Shown here one piece after another: positions 1-9,969 of a stretch of DNA of 64,000 bases. The notes beneath the pieces were generated by a model, which made no database searches, was not told where the DNA came from, and worked only from the letters and a program-made list of their open reading frames with translations. The first letter of the stretch is position 1. Every line of letters starts with the position of its first letter. The DNA is taken from NCBI GenBank assembly GCA_048882385.1, contig JBHLRQ010000002.1, positions 1 through 64,000 on the forward strand, written 5' to 3'. The DNA is from Candidatus Thorarchaeota archaeon (GTDB lineage Archaea; Asgardarchaeota; Thorarchaeia; Thorarchaeales; Thorarchaeaceae). The position numbers and the translations under genes were made by a program.

Positions 1-3000
1 AGAGCTGCTGTAGTATTTAGCTGATATTTTCCAAGCTGGATTTCGCTAAGTGAGAATTCAGTTCCATCAAAACTAATTCTAACATCCGCACTGTTGATGG
101 AATTGCCATATGTATCAGTAATGTTCAGCCAAATTACAAAATACTGGTCTTGAACAACCTGATCTGGTGAGCTTCTAGCAACATTTAGGGTGCCTGTGAA
201 GATAGAAACAGAGCTTGCTAGAGTCTTGATACCTGTTGCATAACTATGATTCGCTGTTACTAGCAAACCATAACTTCCTGGAGCCTTTGTCACACTTGGG
301 ATCATTATGTAATAGAATTGCCCAATTTGAGTTGCAGCATAATCTATACCATCAAACGTCATTGTAACATCTGCATTTGTAACTTTACTGCCAAAACTAT
401 CAGCGACAGTAATGTTGACCTCAAGATCATTGCCTTGTAGCAATACAGGTTCACGGATTATGGAAATAGTCAGAGGTGACTCTACTCTCAAAGCATTTGC
501 ATTGAATTGTGTGAATGGGTCGTAATAATCATGATCTACACTCAGAGTCATGTTTACCATACCAATTGGCCAATTCGGAGCGATTGTTGTTGTATACAGC
601 TGCAAGATTTCATCGTAGACCAGTCCAAGCGTTTGCTGTGATGTTCCACTACCAAATTCATATTCAACAATCAGAGAAACTACAGAATCGGAAACCGGTT
701 CATTATAGGAGTTGAGAACCGTAACATTAGCCCAGATATTGCTGCCTTGAAGAGTTGTGCTTGATTCTAGTGTAACTGTAGCATCTAGGATGTATAGGAG
801 GTCAATATTGCGGATTGTTGCCAGACTATATCGCGCACGAAGTACAGGAAATGCTGCTATATCTTCGCCAATACCAACATCCACACTACTTACTCCTACC
901 ATATTGAATATCATTCCAACTTTAGCTTGATATTCCACTTCTCCTTGGAAACTAATCGCTGTTAATTGGTCATCTGAGGTCGCAAGTAGAAACTCCTCAA
1001 CACCATTTCCATCAAAATCTAATGTAATTGCACTTGTTGGGAATGCCTCACTCACAAACACAGACCACTGTCTAGGTGTTGCTTCCGCTAGTTCACATAG
1101 TGAAATGTTTCCTGATTCCTCAAATACGAATAGCTCGTCAATCCCATCCAAGTCTATATCATAAGGAAATATTCCCTTGATATGGTCACCGAGTAACTCT
1201 ACAGAAGGTGGATCACCAACTTGCAATGTTTGATAATCTATCAAACATAAGTAAATGGTAGGAGTGTCGCCTGACCATCCACTATAGGCTGCAAGGAATT
1301 GATCAGTTGCATGTGTAGAGTTAACGTAGGAGATGATTCCAAGAGGCATGTCTCCTATTGTTGAACCCGGTGAATTGTAATTCAGAGTTTTTATTCGCGT
1401 GAGGTTAAAAGCTTGATAAATCTCTACTTCACCAGTGTCTCTTAGGACAGCAATTTGAGGTCTTGCACCCACAATTGTTGCGTGCGCCATTCCTACTACA
1501 TCATTGGTAGTCTGAAGTGCATTACTGATATCAGCTGAAAGATCATGTTCTATTCTTCTGATCTTCGGAGCGGAATAATTGCCCTCAATATAGTGAATTT
1601 CATCAAATCCATCCTGATCATCATCAAAGACACTAATTGGTTGTTCTTCAATCATTGGTACTTCTTTGTACGTTGCATTCTTCCAAGATGTCATATCATT
1701 TCCATGAAAGAGATAGAAGACTGTGTGTGTATAGTTATACCTTGTAACCAATGGATCTAAAATTGTATCTCCATCATGCAATCCAGAATAGACCTCAAAA
1801 CTATCAGAGGACTTTGTTGTCCCGATTGTTATGTTTGAAACGGATGTTCCATTAGGTGTAAAAGTTCTGAGATATGCAATTCTTGTTGTGGTCCCCAGTG
1901 TAATGATGTGAACTAGCTCATCACCCGCACTGTTGTTACCTACAGCCAAAACATGACCCATTGCATGATCAATTGTTGCATTGATATAGAATCCCTCTGC
2001 AAAATGGTCTTCGACATTTAGGACTTCTGGGTATGTTTCGTTACCATACGAAAACGTGTTGAGATATGCATCAACCACCTTAACATAATAGAGATATTCT
2101 CCTGCTTGAAGATCTGTTGTGATGTAGATGAACTTGTCATTTGGTGCCCTTATCATTTCGTTAGGCACAAATGGTGTTAAGATTCCTCCAGTTGCAGGTT
2201 TGATGTATATTGTTGCACGTGCAACATGGACATTGTCAGTAGCTGTGAGTTCCACTTTCATAAAGGTGTCATAGATAGTCGGATGCGTTGGGTATAATGG
2301 GTCCAGAATTACACTAGGTGTTTCAGTATCACTCAATAGAATTGAAACACTATCCATCACGGTGATGATGTCGTCCCTTCCGTCTTCATTGATATCAAAA
2401 GAGGTGACCTGGTAGAATGGTCCAGGGAGGCGATTTTCTTCATACCCTGTTATTCCATTACTACCTCTTATCAATGTCAACTGCCCTCGAGGTCCTTCAA
2501 GTGCTAAATCTGAATATGAATCTGAGTCCAATGCTGCAACTGCAAACCCTCGATTCCAGTAACAAGAAACTTCCTCTTGTGTATGTCTAATTATCATTCC
2601 AGTATTGCCATCAAAGAACCATGCTGTGTACCACATACTTGGTACAACTGCAAGATCGTCTATCGAATCATCATTGAAAGAACCTGTTTTAAGATAGGCC
2701 TCTCCGTTATATTCACCAATCTTTCGAACATAGCTGGAAGTCAGATTATTGCCATAAATTCCCAAGAGCTCACTAATACCCGAATCTTGGTTCATTAAAG
2801 TGACGGCCAAATCATCAGTTTCGCTGCGTTTAGAGTGAATTATCATATCACTAGCTATGGATTGGGCGGGATACTCGGTCCCTAATACTGGTGAACCATC
2901 TCCTCTAATTGTTTCAACATTGACCCTACCAGTACCCCAATTGGTACTAAGAATTGCGATCTCATCCTGTGATGTTGCTGAAAAATTGCCTGCGGTAGCT

Positions 3001-3644
3001 CGTTTTATCTCTGGCATTGGATCATAAAATCCAAGGGGTGTTCCGTCGGTAGGATCCATCATTATGATGGACTCCATGCTATAGATGGCGACATCAGTCT
3101 GAGAATCAGAACTGAAGTTTCCAAAAATGATCTCAATAGGTCCAGAAACAGGGCAGTCGTAATTTCTGATAGTACTTGCATCGAAATCAGCAATAATCAG
3201 TCTTTCACTTGCTGTTGTTGAATTAAACATGATGAATAGAAACTCAGTGTAACCATCATTATCTATGTCAGCTCCAGTCAATGTTTCATAGAACACATCC
3301 CCGGGACCAACGAAGAGGGAGTCGTTTAATGTGTTAATAGGATCCTTGAATCGTATAGTTTCTCCATGAACATAGGCAAATCCAGATCCTATTGGAATAG
3401 TTCCTGGAGCAATTGAAAACACCTGATATGGTAACTTCACTCTAATGAAGTTGGAGGATGTTGAGTAGCTAGTATCTATCGGAATGGCATTTCCTGCTTC
3501 ATTGGGCTGCACCATACCCATGTCTGAAGATGGAGTCAATAGGATAAATAAAACGATAAAGAATACACTCCACTTTAGCAAATACGAGTGCTTTCCAGAG
3601 TAATCTTTAGCAGTTGGTCTATATTTAGATCCAGATGGTATCAT
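1..3644 (-). CDS. Large secreted/surface protein with FG-GAP/VCBS-type (DxDxDG) beta-propeller repeats and Ig-like domains; 3'-partial (runs off window), absent from ORF track
   Basis: Manual translation from ATG at 3644 (AAGGAG upstream): MIPSGSKYRPTAKDYSGKHSYLLKWSVFFIVLFILLTP (hydrophobic signal), then DIDNDGYTEFLF, SFNDDSIDDLAV, LDSDSYSDLAL, DINEDGRDDII, DDDQDGFDEI, DIDLDGIDELF, DFDGNGVEEFLL; segments translated at intervals were open. Confidence 0.8.
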   Translation of the reverse strand, partial: MIPSGSKYRPTAKDYSGKHSYLLKWSVFFIVLFILLTPSSDMGMVQPNEAGNAIPIDTSYSTSSNFIRVKLPYQVFSIAPGTIPIGSGFAYVHGETIRFKDPINTLNDSLFVGPGDVFYETLTGADIDNDGYTEFLFIMFNSTTASERLIIADFDASTIRNYDCPVSGPIEIIFGNFSSDSQTDVAIYSMESIIMMDPTDGTPLGFYDPMPEIKRATAGNFSATSQDEIAILSTNWGTGRVNVETIRGDGSPVLGTEYPAQSIASDMIIHSKRSETDDLAVTLMNQDSGISELLGIYGNNLTSSYVRKIGEYNGEAYLKTGSFNDDSIDDLAVVPSMWYTAWFFDGNTGMIIRHTQEEVSCYWNRGFAVAALDSDSYSDLALEGPRGQLTLIRGSNGITGYEENRLPGPFYQVTSFDINEDGRDDIITVMDSVSILLSDTETPSVILDPLYPTHPTIYDTFMKVELTATDNVHVARATIYIKPATGGILTPFVPNEMIRAPNDKFIYITTDLQAGEYLYYVKVVDAYLNTFSYGNETYPEVLNVEDHFAEGFYINATIDHAMGHVLAVGNNSAGDELVHIITLGTTTRIAYLRTFTPNGTSVSNITIGTTKSSDSFEVYSGLHDGDTILDPLVTRYNYTHTVFYLFHGNDMTSWKNATYKEVPMIEEQPISVFDDDQDGFDEIHYIEGNYSAPKIRRIEHDLSADISNALQTTNDVVGMAHATIVGARPQIAVLRDTGEVEIYQAFNLTRIKTLNYNSPGSTIGDMPLGIISYVNSTHATDQFLAAYSGWSGDTPTIYLCLIDYQTLQVGDPPSVELLGDHIKGIFPYDIDLDGIDELFVFEESGNISLCELAEATPRQWSVFVSEAFPTSAITLDFDGNGVEEFLLATSDDQLTAISFQGEVEYQAKVGMIFNMVGVSSVDVGIGEDIAAFPVLRARYSLATIRNIDLLYILDATVTLESSTTLQGSNIWANVTVLNSYNEPVSDSVVSLIVEYEFGSGTSQQTLGLVYDEILQLYTTTIAPNWPIGMVNMTLSVDHDYYDPFTQFNANALRVESPLTISIIREPVLLQGNDLEVNITVADSFGSKVTNADVTMTFDGIDYAATQIGQFYYIMIPSVTKAPGSYGLLVTANHSYATGIKTLASSVSIFTGTLNVARSSPDQVVQDQYFVIWLNITDTYGNSINSADVRISFDGTEFSLSEIQLGKYQLNTTAA

Positions 3645-3808
3645 TCTATTATTCTCCTTTTGTATTCTTTATGTGTTCAATTTGGTGCAAATGCAGGAAA
3701 CCGTCTAAACGGCAACCATTCAATCCTGTATTCTCAGTACGTGTATTTAGGATTCTTAGGATGTAACAATTCCAAAAATTCGACACTGTTTGATTCAAAA
3801 CGTTGAAA

Positions 3809-3909
3809 GTTGGTGGCCAGTGCCGAAAGGCAAAATGGTAGGAGGGGGGGAGTTATGAGGGCATGTTACAGAAAATATTGCCTCATCAGCCGACCGACCA
3901 CCTTTTTTT
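3809..3909. ncRNA. Candidate structured RNA/leader (three-way junction followed by T7)
   Basis: Outer stem GTTGGTGGC(3809-3817)/GCCGACCGAC(3889-3898), hairpin TGCC-GAAA-GGCA (3821-3832), hairpin ATGAGGGCA..TGCCTCAT (3855-3886), then TTTTTTT. Confidence 0.3.
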
Positions 3910-4018
3910 CATGTGACGAGGTTCCTAATAAGCGTCACTCTCATCTTTGTATTGTGGTACACTCCAAGACTTTCCGCTAGCACAATGCTATTCAATAGAT
4001 GGTAAGCGAACAAGAGAT

Positions 4019-4456
4019 ATGTCAGAAGAGCATAAGTATGATATGAAGAGTAATTGGGTCAAAGAAAAGATAGTAACCATAGAGATTGATGGGAAACCTG
4101 ATTTTCATGTTGCCACGCCTTCAGATTTTTGGCCTGAGAGCCCTAAGGAATTGCTCTCACCAGAAGACCTCTTCGTTGCATCAGCTGTTTCTTGCTATGG
4201 TGTTTCATTGTCCGGAGTTGCCAAACGCTTTCATGCTGAGTTCAAGAACTTCCATCTTTCAGGAAGCGGTACTCTATCACAAGGTGATGTTGGATGGGAA
4301 TTTGATCAAATTACCATAGATGCCAAGATCATTGTCACGACTGAGCAGGACAAGAAACGAATGGAGAAGGCTGCTGAACGAGCACACACATACTGCCTCG
4401 TTGCAAACTCAATGAAATGTCCCACCCATCTCAATTACGAAGTTGTTCTAGAATAA
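4019..4456 (+). CDS. OsmC/Ohr family protein
   Basis: SPEDLFVASAVSC ... AHTYCLVANS two-Cys OsmC signature; start moved to ATG 4019. Confidence 0.85.
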   Translation: MSEEHKYDMKSNWVKEKIVTIEIDGKPDFHVATPSDFWPESPKELLSPEDLFVASAVSCYGVSLSGVAKRFHAEFKNFHLSGSGTLSQGDVGWEFDQITIDAKIIVTTEQDKKRMEKAAERAHTYCLVANSMKCPTHLNYEVVLE

Positions 4457-4503
4457 CGGAGTACAACGAAGAACTTATTAACTATTGTTAATGTGTTAAT
4501 ATT

Positions 4504-4938
4504 ATGGAAGATCATGTCTATAGATTGCACGCTCGTGTCACTCGACCAATGTTTGCAGGAGTTAAGATACATGACATGGATGAGTTTGAGGTGACAACTT
4601 CTCCTGACTGGTGGCCTGAAGCACCTGAAGGATTTCACACTCCCCATCATATGCTTCTTGCTGCATCTGCATCTTGCCAGCTTGTCATGATGTTTCGGAC
4701 AAGTGCTGCACTACATACAACTTTCAAGGACGCCACGGTGGATGCAACAGGAATCATGGGAGAACATGATGGAGTCTGGAGGTTCGATCAGATCATTCTG
4801 AAGGTCCATGTTGTAATTGAGGATGAATCCTTTAGAGAAAAAGTGGAAAACGTGGTTGACCTAGCCCATAAGAACTGTCCAGTAGGTAACTCGCTTTCAA
4901 CTCCTGTAAAAGTCGAGGCAGATATAGTGGTCGGATAA
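4504..4938 (+). CDS. OsmC/Ohr family protein (tandem paralogue)
   Basis: TPHHMLLAASASC ... AHKNCPVGNSL. Confidence 0.85.
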   Translation: MEDHVYRLHARVTRPMFAGVKIHDMDEFEVTTSPDWWPEAPEGFHTPHHMLLAASASCQLVMMFRTSAALHTTFKDATVDATGIMGEHDGVWRFDQIILKVHVVIEDESFREKVENVVDLAHKNCPVGNSLSTPVKVEADIVVG

Positions 4939-4943
4939 ATGAA

Positions 4944-5321
4944 CTATGATATCTTTGGTAATAATATTTCAGCCTGGTATTCTTTCCCACATTCACAGTT
5001 CAAATTGACCGACCATCGACCAGGTAATGGTACATTGAACTCATCTATATGGTCCGCGATACCGTTTCTGATACCTTCGATTAGTTTGACATATGCTGCA
5101 GAAAGCTGAGTGATCTCGTTTGGAAAATCAAGGTCCGAGAGGAAATATCTGAAAGCCTTTTGACATTCAGGACATGCTGTCACAAGCAGATGAGTGATAT
5201 CACCACAGTTCTCACACTTGATTTCACTTCTGTCAAGCTGCGGTGCCAATGGCACGTCTAGCTTTAAGTCATTAGAATGACCACATACATAACAGTAGTA
5301 ACGCAATGGAAGCTCCGGCAC
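4944..5321 (-). CDS. Hypothetical multi-zinc-ribbon protein
   Basis: CYVC, CENC, CPEC, CEC motifs in 125 aa; GGAGG-like RBS upstream. Confidence 0.65.
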   Translation of the reverse strand: MPELPLRYYCYVCGHSNDLKLDVPLAPQLDRSEIKCENCGDITHLLVTACPECQKAFRYFLSDLDFPNEITQLSAAYVKLIEGIRNGIADHIDEFNVPLPGRWSVNLNCECGKEYQAEILLPKIS

Positions 5322-5392
5322 AATATGACCTCCCTTCTTTGGTGACTGATGTTATACATCCGTCGCTAAAAGTATACTGTGTATTGGGTTGT

Positions 5393-5626
5393 TTACTCTG
5401 CCAGTGAAACAATTTTAGCTGTAAGGATATCCATGTTACCTAGGTTTTCCGCAACAACATGTACTCTGCGACCCGGTTCAAGGGTTTCATGCTGTGTAAA
5501 AGCTGCAATCTTGACTTTGAAATGCTCATGGTCTTCGGTTTCTACGCCTATGAATCCATACGCCTTTTTGCCCAAATATCCTAATTGAGCTGAGGTGATT
5601 GAACCAGTAAATATCTTCTCTGCCAT
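5393..5626 (-). CDS. Small hypothetical protein, probable OB-fold beta-barrel
   Basis: Clear paralogue of 5712-5996 (G.I.S.QLG..K..YG.IG.E..D..H.K.KI...T..ETL..G..V.V....L.N.DIL.AK). Confidence 0.65.
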   Translation of the reverse strand: MAEKIFTGSITSAQLGYLGKKAYGFIGVETEDHEHFKVKIAAFTQHETLEPGRRVHVVAENLGNMDILTAKIVSLAE

Positions 5627-5711
5627 TATGGTTCGCCTATTCGCACGCCATTCCTGTTTGCATATAACCTCATCTATCTGGGCTGCGGCTACTACACTCC
5701 TTTGAACTTCC

Positions 5712-5996
5712 TTAGACGGATGCCTCTACTTCACTAGAATCTTCAGATTCTAGATCCATACTGGATTTGAGCCGTATTGTCTTAGCCACTAGAATGTCTG
5801 TGTTCGCAAGTTTCCTGGTATCGACGACTACTTCATCTCCTATCGTAAGTGTTTCATACCAAGTGTAAGTATCAATCTTGATCTTGACATGTGATTTGTC
5901 TGGAAGTTCAATACCAATGTAACCATAGACAATCTGTTTCTTCGAGAATTCACCCAGTTGAGTGGAAATGATTTTACCCGCGATCATCTTCATCAT
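5712..5996 (-). CDS. Small hypothetical protein, probable OB-fold beta-barrel with acidic tail
   Basis: Paralogy with 5393-5626. Confidence 0.65.
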   Translation of the reverse strand: MMKMIAGKIISTQLGEFSKKQIVYGYIGIELPDKSHVKIKIDTYTWYETLTIGDEVVVDTRKLANTDILVAKTIRLKSSMDLESEDSSEVEASV

Positions 5997-6039
5997 ATAT
6001 TAACAATAGTTAAATATGTTCAAAAGGGTATGGGTCATG

Positions 6040-6573
6040 TCAAAGAGGTAGTTCAACAAGATCTTCCTTATACTTCCGAGTGTTTTCGATATAGGAATCG
6101 ATGTAGTCGTCTATTGCTTTCCGTGCATCTCCATCGGGGTCAAGGTCTTTCATATACTTAGCTGGAACTCCAGCATAGATCTTGAATGGCTCAGTATCTG
6201 TTTTGTTGTGAAGGAGAGCTGAGTTGGCAATCATAGCCCCCTCTGCAACTCTGCTTCCTAGCATCAAGACCGCCCCCATGCCTATAGCTGCATGATCTCC
6301 AACAAATTCTGCATGTATTGTCGCATTGTGTCCAATGTTTACTCTTTTTCCTATTCTTGTCGTGAAACTTGGGTCTGAGTGAATGACCACACCGTCTTGT
6401 AGGTTTGTTTCATCTCCAATCTCTATTCTTCCACGGTCTCCACGGATGGAAGCCATGGGAGCAACAAATACTCTCTCCCCAATCTTGACATCGCCTATCA
6501 CTGATGCCTGAGGATGAACATAAGCAGTTTCTGCTATCTGTGGTTTCTTTCCATCTAGTTCATAGATTGTCAT
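6040..6573 (-). CDS. Gamma-carbonic anhydrase / YrdA-PaaY family hexapeptide-repeat protein
   Basis: MTIYELDGKKPQI, IGDVKIG, IRGD, TNLQD.VVIH, IGHNATIH (three His ligands), YAGVPAK. Confidence 0.9.
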   Translation of the reverse strand: MTIYELDGKKPQIAETAYVHPQASVIGDVKIGERVFVAPMASIRGDRGRIEIGDETNLQDGVVIHSDPSFTTRIGKRVNIGHNATIHAEFVGDHAAIGMGAVLMLGSRVAEGAMIANSALLHNKTDTEPFKIYAGVPAKYMKDLDPDGDARKAIDDYIDSYIENTRKYKEDLVELPL

Positions 6574-6578
6574 TGTAA

Positions 6579-7289
6579 TCAACTCTTTTTCAGAATGCCA
6601 ACATATGGCGTTCCTTTCTGATATTTTGACCTCATTTTCCATCCAGCTTCTTTAGCCACGGACTCCATCTCATCCGGCATTGCTAACCAAAGCTCACTCC
6701 AGTCATCAATGATTCCCTTATACTTCACTCGTATCCGGACAAGCCCCTTTGGTCTGCCTTTGGATAAGTTCATTTTGTGATAATTCAGATGTTCCTGATC
6801 TTCTGTTATCTTAACATCTGCACTGGCTGCGAGGATTATACCATCTGGTTTCGTGATTCGGTGAAGTGTCCTAAGCATGTCTATGATCTTTTCTCTATCC
6901 CCCAAAATGCCAAAATTGTCGCCAAACAGGATTACTGTATCAAACTCTGAATTTGGGAACTCCAATCTTTCAGCTGACATAACATAAGCCTCTTTCAAAC
7001 CGAGTTTCTTACAGCCCTCAATAGCACCTGGTGCTAGGTCCACACCTACTACTGAAAATCCTAGGTTCTGTAGATGAAGAGCAACTCTACCAGTCCCACA
7101 TCCAACATCTAGGACTCTTCCCTTAACATGCTTCATGGCGATTCTTTCAACCTCTGACCATTCTGAGAACTGTAAAGTGTAGTCTGAAACTTTCAGAGTT
7201 TCAATTCTTCCATCATCTCTCTCGATGTAATATTCTCCAGATACGCCATCAGATGCGTCCTTCATTATCTCGCTCCATGCATCTGTCAT
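6579..7289 (-). CDS. Class I SAM-dependent methyltransferase
   Basis: VLDVGCGTG motif I, VVGVD, FDTVIL. Confidence 0.9.
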   Translation of the reverse strand: MTDAWSEIMKDASDGVSGEYYIERDDGRIETLKVSDYTLQFSEWSEVERIAMKHVKGRVLDVGCGTGRVALHLQNLGFSVVGVDLAPGAIEGCKKLGLKEAYVMSAERLEFPNSEFDTVILFGDNFGILGDREKIIDMLRTLHRITKPDGIILAASADVKITEDQEHLNYHKMNLSKGRPKGLVRIRVKYKGIIDDWSELWLAMPDEMESVAKEAGWKMRSKYQKGTPYVGILKKS

Positions 7290-7405
7290 AGTATACTGAC
7301 AACTACTCTATCGGAAAAGGAATTCGGTATTGATACCTATACGTGAGGAACTGTTATATCAAACGACACTCCTGGTAGCACCATTGCGTAGGGAGGTTTC
7401 AGAAA

Positions 7406-8125
7406 ATGAGCACGTCCAATGAAAACTTCGAACCCACAATGAAGATCGCAGTCTTTGGCGGAAAGCGTGGTGAAGTGAAAGAATCAATTGAACGAAATCT
7501 GGAACTAACTGATGAGAGCTTCTACCAGACTTGGTTGAGTATAAATGTCATGAAAAAGCTCGGTTTCATGTTCGAAGGTGGAGTAGAGAGCTCCGGCGGA
7601 ATCATCGAGATGCTAGTAATGTTCGCATTTGTGGTTCTTATACTCGCCTTGTTCGCATTCTGGCAGGTTGTTGTGTTTGTCATCGTGATTCTTGTGTTGG
7701 CACTCTTTAGCGGTGGAGCTGCTTTCAAGTTTGTAAAAGGGACCTTCATTGAAGCAGACCATACCAAGATAGACCTACATAAACTGGACAATTTTGTAAA
7801 GGAGCAAATCCAAAAAGGTAACTTCGTCAAGGTCGAGTCGCTTCCAGCGAAGGACAAACTCACTGAAACGACAAAAGACGCTACACACGCTACAACTGTA
7901 TTTCGAAGAGGAATCAATCTCTCGATGTTGGTTGCCACTCTCTTTCTCATTACAGAGATACTCTATTACTTTGTAATGGGCTACTGGCTCTCAGGTCTCA
8001 ATTCTTTAACAGCAGACATAGAAATCATTGTCCTCTACTGTTTTGGTCTTGCATTCTTACTTGGAATCATGATAATGAACTTTGGAGTGCTAATGCGACG
8101 AAGTCTCAAGAAGTCATTCCAGTGA
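7406..8125 (+). CDS. Hypothetical membrane protein (about 4 TM)
   Basis: 239-aa ORF, GGAGG RBS, hydrophobic segments. Confidence 0.65.
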   Translation: MSTSNENFEPTMKIAVFGGKRGEVKESIERNLELTDESFYQTWLSINVMKKLGFMFEGGVESSGGIIEMLVMFAFVVLILALFAFWQVVVFVIVILVLALFSGGAAFKFVKGTFIEADHTKIDLHKLDNFVKEQIQKGNFVKVESLPAKDKLTETTKDATHATTVFRRGINLSMLVATLFLITEILYYFVMGYWLSGLNSLTADIEIIVLYCFGLAFLLGIMIMNFGVLMRRSLKKSFQ

Positions 8126-8126
8126 G

Positions 8127-9392
8127 TCAAATCACATCAAACACAATGGCCCAGAACTCTCGTTCAGAAACACCTGTTCTTAGAGCCCTGAGATCTCCCT
8201 TTATCTGATCGAAAGCAACCTTTGTCTGGGTTTTCTTTCTCTCTTCATGAGTGCGTTTGACTCGCTCAGTAATCTCGCGAGCTTGCTCGGGTGTTGCCTT
8301 TACTCCTCCCATCTTCAGAAGATATTCAACAAAGTGTCTTCCAACAAATTTTCCAAGATGGAATTCACGTCGTCTTCCAACTCGTGCTGGGCTGATTGGT
8401 TCATAGGTCATCGAGTGAGTTAACTGACCATGTGAATGAATACCACTAGAATGCGTGAAGGCATTGTCTCCACTTATGGCCTTATGGAGGGGTAGTGGAA
8501 CGACAAAATGACGTTCAACTAACTTTGAGAGACTGAAGAGTTTCTCCGTTTCAACGCCAGTATCAACTCCATAGAGCTCCTCCAAAGACATCACAATCTC
8601 TTCAAATGCTGCATTTCCTGCGCGTTCACCATATGCGTTCACGCATACCTGGGGATAGGTTATCCCCTCTTCAATCGCAGCCAGAGTATTTGCTGTGGCT
8701 AGTCCAAAATCATCGTGACAGTGAGCCGCCATCGGAATCTTGTATTTTGATTTAGTCCATAGATGTTCCTTGATTTGACGAACAATGTGTTTCATCACTT
8801 CTGGTCGTACAAATCCCACTGTATCTGCTATACAGATTTTGTCAGCACCTGCATCGATCGCCCTTCGATAGGCCTCACAGAGATAATCCATGTCACTTCG
8901 TGTAGAATCTTCTGCAATGTAGTTGATTGTAAGACCGTGATCTCGACCATATTGAATACATTCAGTGAGGCGATCAAGCATCTCCTCTCTTGACATTCTG
9001 AGTTGATATTTCAAGCGGAAATCTGAAGTTGCAATGAAAATCGGAACTTCATCTACTTCTGCTTCAATACATGCATCAATATCAGAAATCACAGCACGAG
9101 CTGGAGCAGCAACAACAGCTTTGTCGAGACCCTCCTTTGCAACGGCCGCGACAGCCTTTTTCTCTTCTTCACTGACTGCTGGAAAACCTACTGCAACTAT
9201 TGCAGTACCTACTTCATCAAGTTTCTTTGCAATCTCAATCTTCTCGTCTATTGTAAGGGCGACACCCGGTGTCTGCTCTCCATCTCTCAAAGTCTCGTCC
9301 CAGATATAGACCCTCTTGGGTAGTGACTTGGATTTTGTATATGGAACCTTGTTGTAATTAACGGCAAGTCCTGCTTTCTCTAGGTTTTCCAT
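8127..9392 (-). CDS. LeuA-family DRE-TIM acyltransferase (homocitrate/isopropylmalate/citramalate synthase-like)
   Basis: DETLRDGEQTPG, HCHDDFGLATAN, GERAGNA, HSSGIH; no full LeuA regulatory domain. Confidence 0.9.
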   Translation of the reverse strand: MENLEKAGLAVNYNKVPYTKSKSLPKRVYIWDETLRDGEQTPGVALTIDEKIEIAKKLDEVGTAIVAVGFPAVSEEEKKAVAAVAKEGLDKAVVAAPARAVISDIDACIEAEVDEVPIFIATSDFRLKYQLRMSREEMLDRLTECIQYGRDHGLTINYIAEDSTRSDMDYLCEAYRRAIDAGADKICIADTVGFVRPEVMKHIVRQIKEHLWTKSKYKIPMAAHCHDDFGLATANTLAAIEEGITYPQVCVNAYGERAGNAAFEEIVMSLEELYGVDTGVETEKLFSLSKLVERHFVVPLPLHKAISGDNAFTHSSGIHSHGQLTHSMTYEPISPARVGRRREFHLGKFVGRHFVEYLLKMGGVKATPEQAREITERVKRTHEERKKTQTKVAFDQIKGDLRALRTGVSEREFWAIVFDVI

Positions 9393-9420
9393 TGTTCTTG
9401 CCTGCCTTTTTGATCTCTAT

Positions 9421-9969
9421 TTACTTGAATCGGTAACGTCCAAGCATTGGTGCATTCTTTAGAATCTCATCCAGCATAACTATTTCCTTATCGTACTCTT
9501 CCTTGGTCATTTGACCATTGTCTAGTGATGCCTTTGCCTTATTCTTCTTGTATTCGATTCTTGAATGTTCAATGTGAGCAAGTCTAAGTGCTGACTCCAT
9601 CTCTGGACTAGCACCAGTCTTTTCTCCAATACCTTCGAGCATAGGCTTCCAGCATATTTCTTCTACATGAAACGCAAATTCAAGCCCACGTTCAAGAATT
9701 CTATTCCAAATTGGACATTTCTTTACAATGACTGCTTTTTCATCGACTGTAACCTCAAGACCAATTGAACTGAATATCTGACCCGCAACAGTTGCTGCAG
9801 ATTCAGGTCCTTTTCCTCCGGATTTTTCTGCCAGTTCGAGTCCTATTTGCTTGAACCCTCGAGCATATCCTTCATACATTGAGAGTGGTCCTGTATTATC
9901 TCTGAGTCCCCACCAAAGTCCATCAAGGAATGCAACAAAACTTGTGCGAAGTGTTTCCAGTTCGTTCAT
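9421..9969 (-). CDS. Hypothetical protein, V4R/ATC-hydrolase-like Cys motif with SHOCT-like C-terminus
   Basis: VKKCPIW...EEICW; tail LDNGQMTKEEYDKEI; overlaps upstream gene by 4 bp. Confidence 0.55.
   Translation of the reverse strand: MNELETLRTSFVAFLDGLWWGLRDNTGPLSMYEGYARGFKQIGLELAEKSGGKGPESAATVAGQIFSSIGLEVTVDEKAVIVKKCPIWNRILERGLEFAFHVEEICWKPMLEGIGEKTGASPEMESALRLAHIEHSRIEYKKNKAKASLDNGQMTKEEYDKEIVMLDEILKNAPMLGRYRFK

Noticed and set aside
515-3806. Short plus-strand ORFs (515, 1545, 2577, 3588)
   Set aside because: Antisense to or overlapping the long minus-strand FG-GAP gene; no motifs
3855-3886. SECIS-like hairpin starting AUGA
   Set aside because: AUGAG pairs fully with CUCAU (no tandem GA/K-turn), and no in-frame UGA selenoprotein candidate was seen nearby
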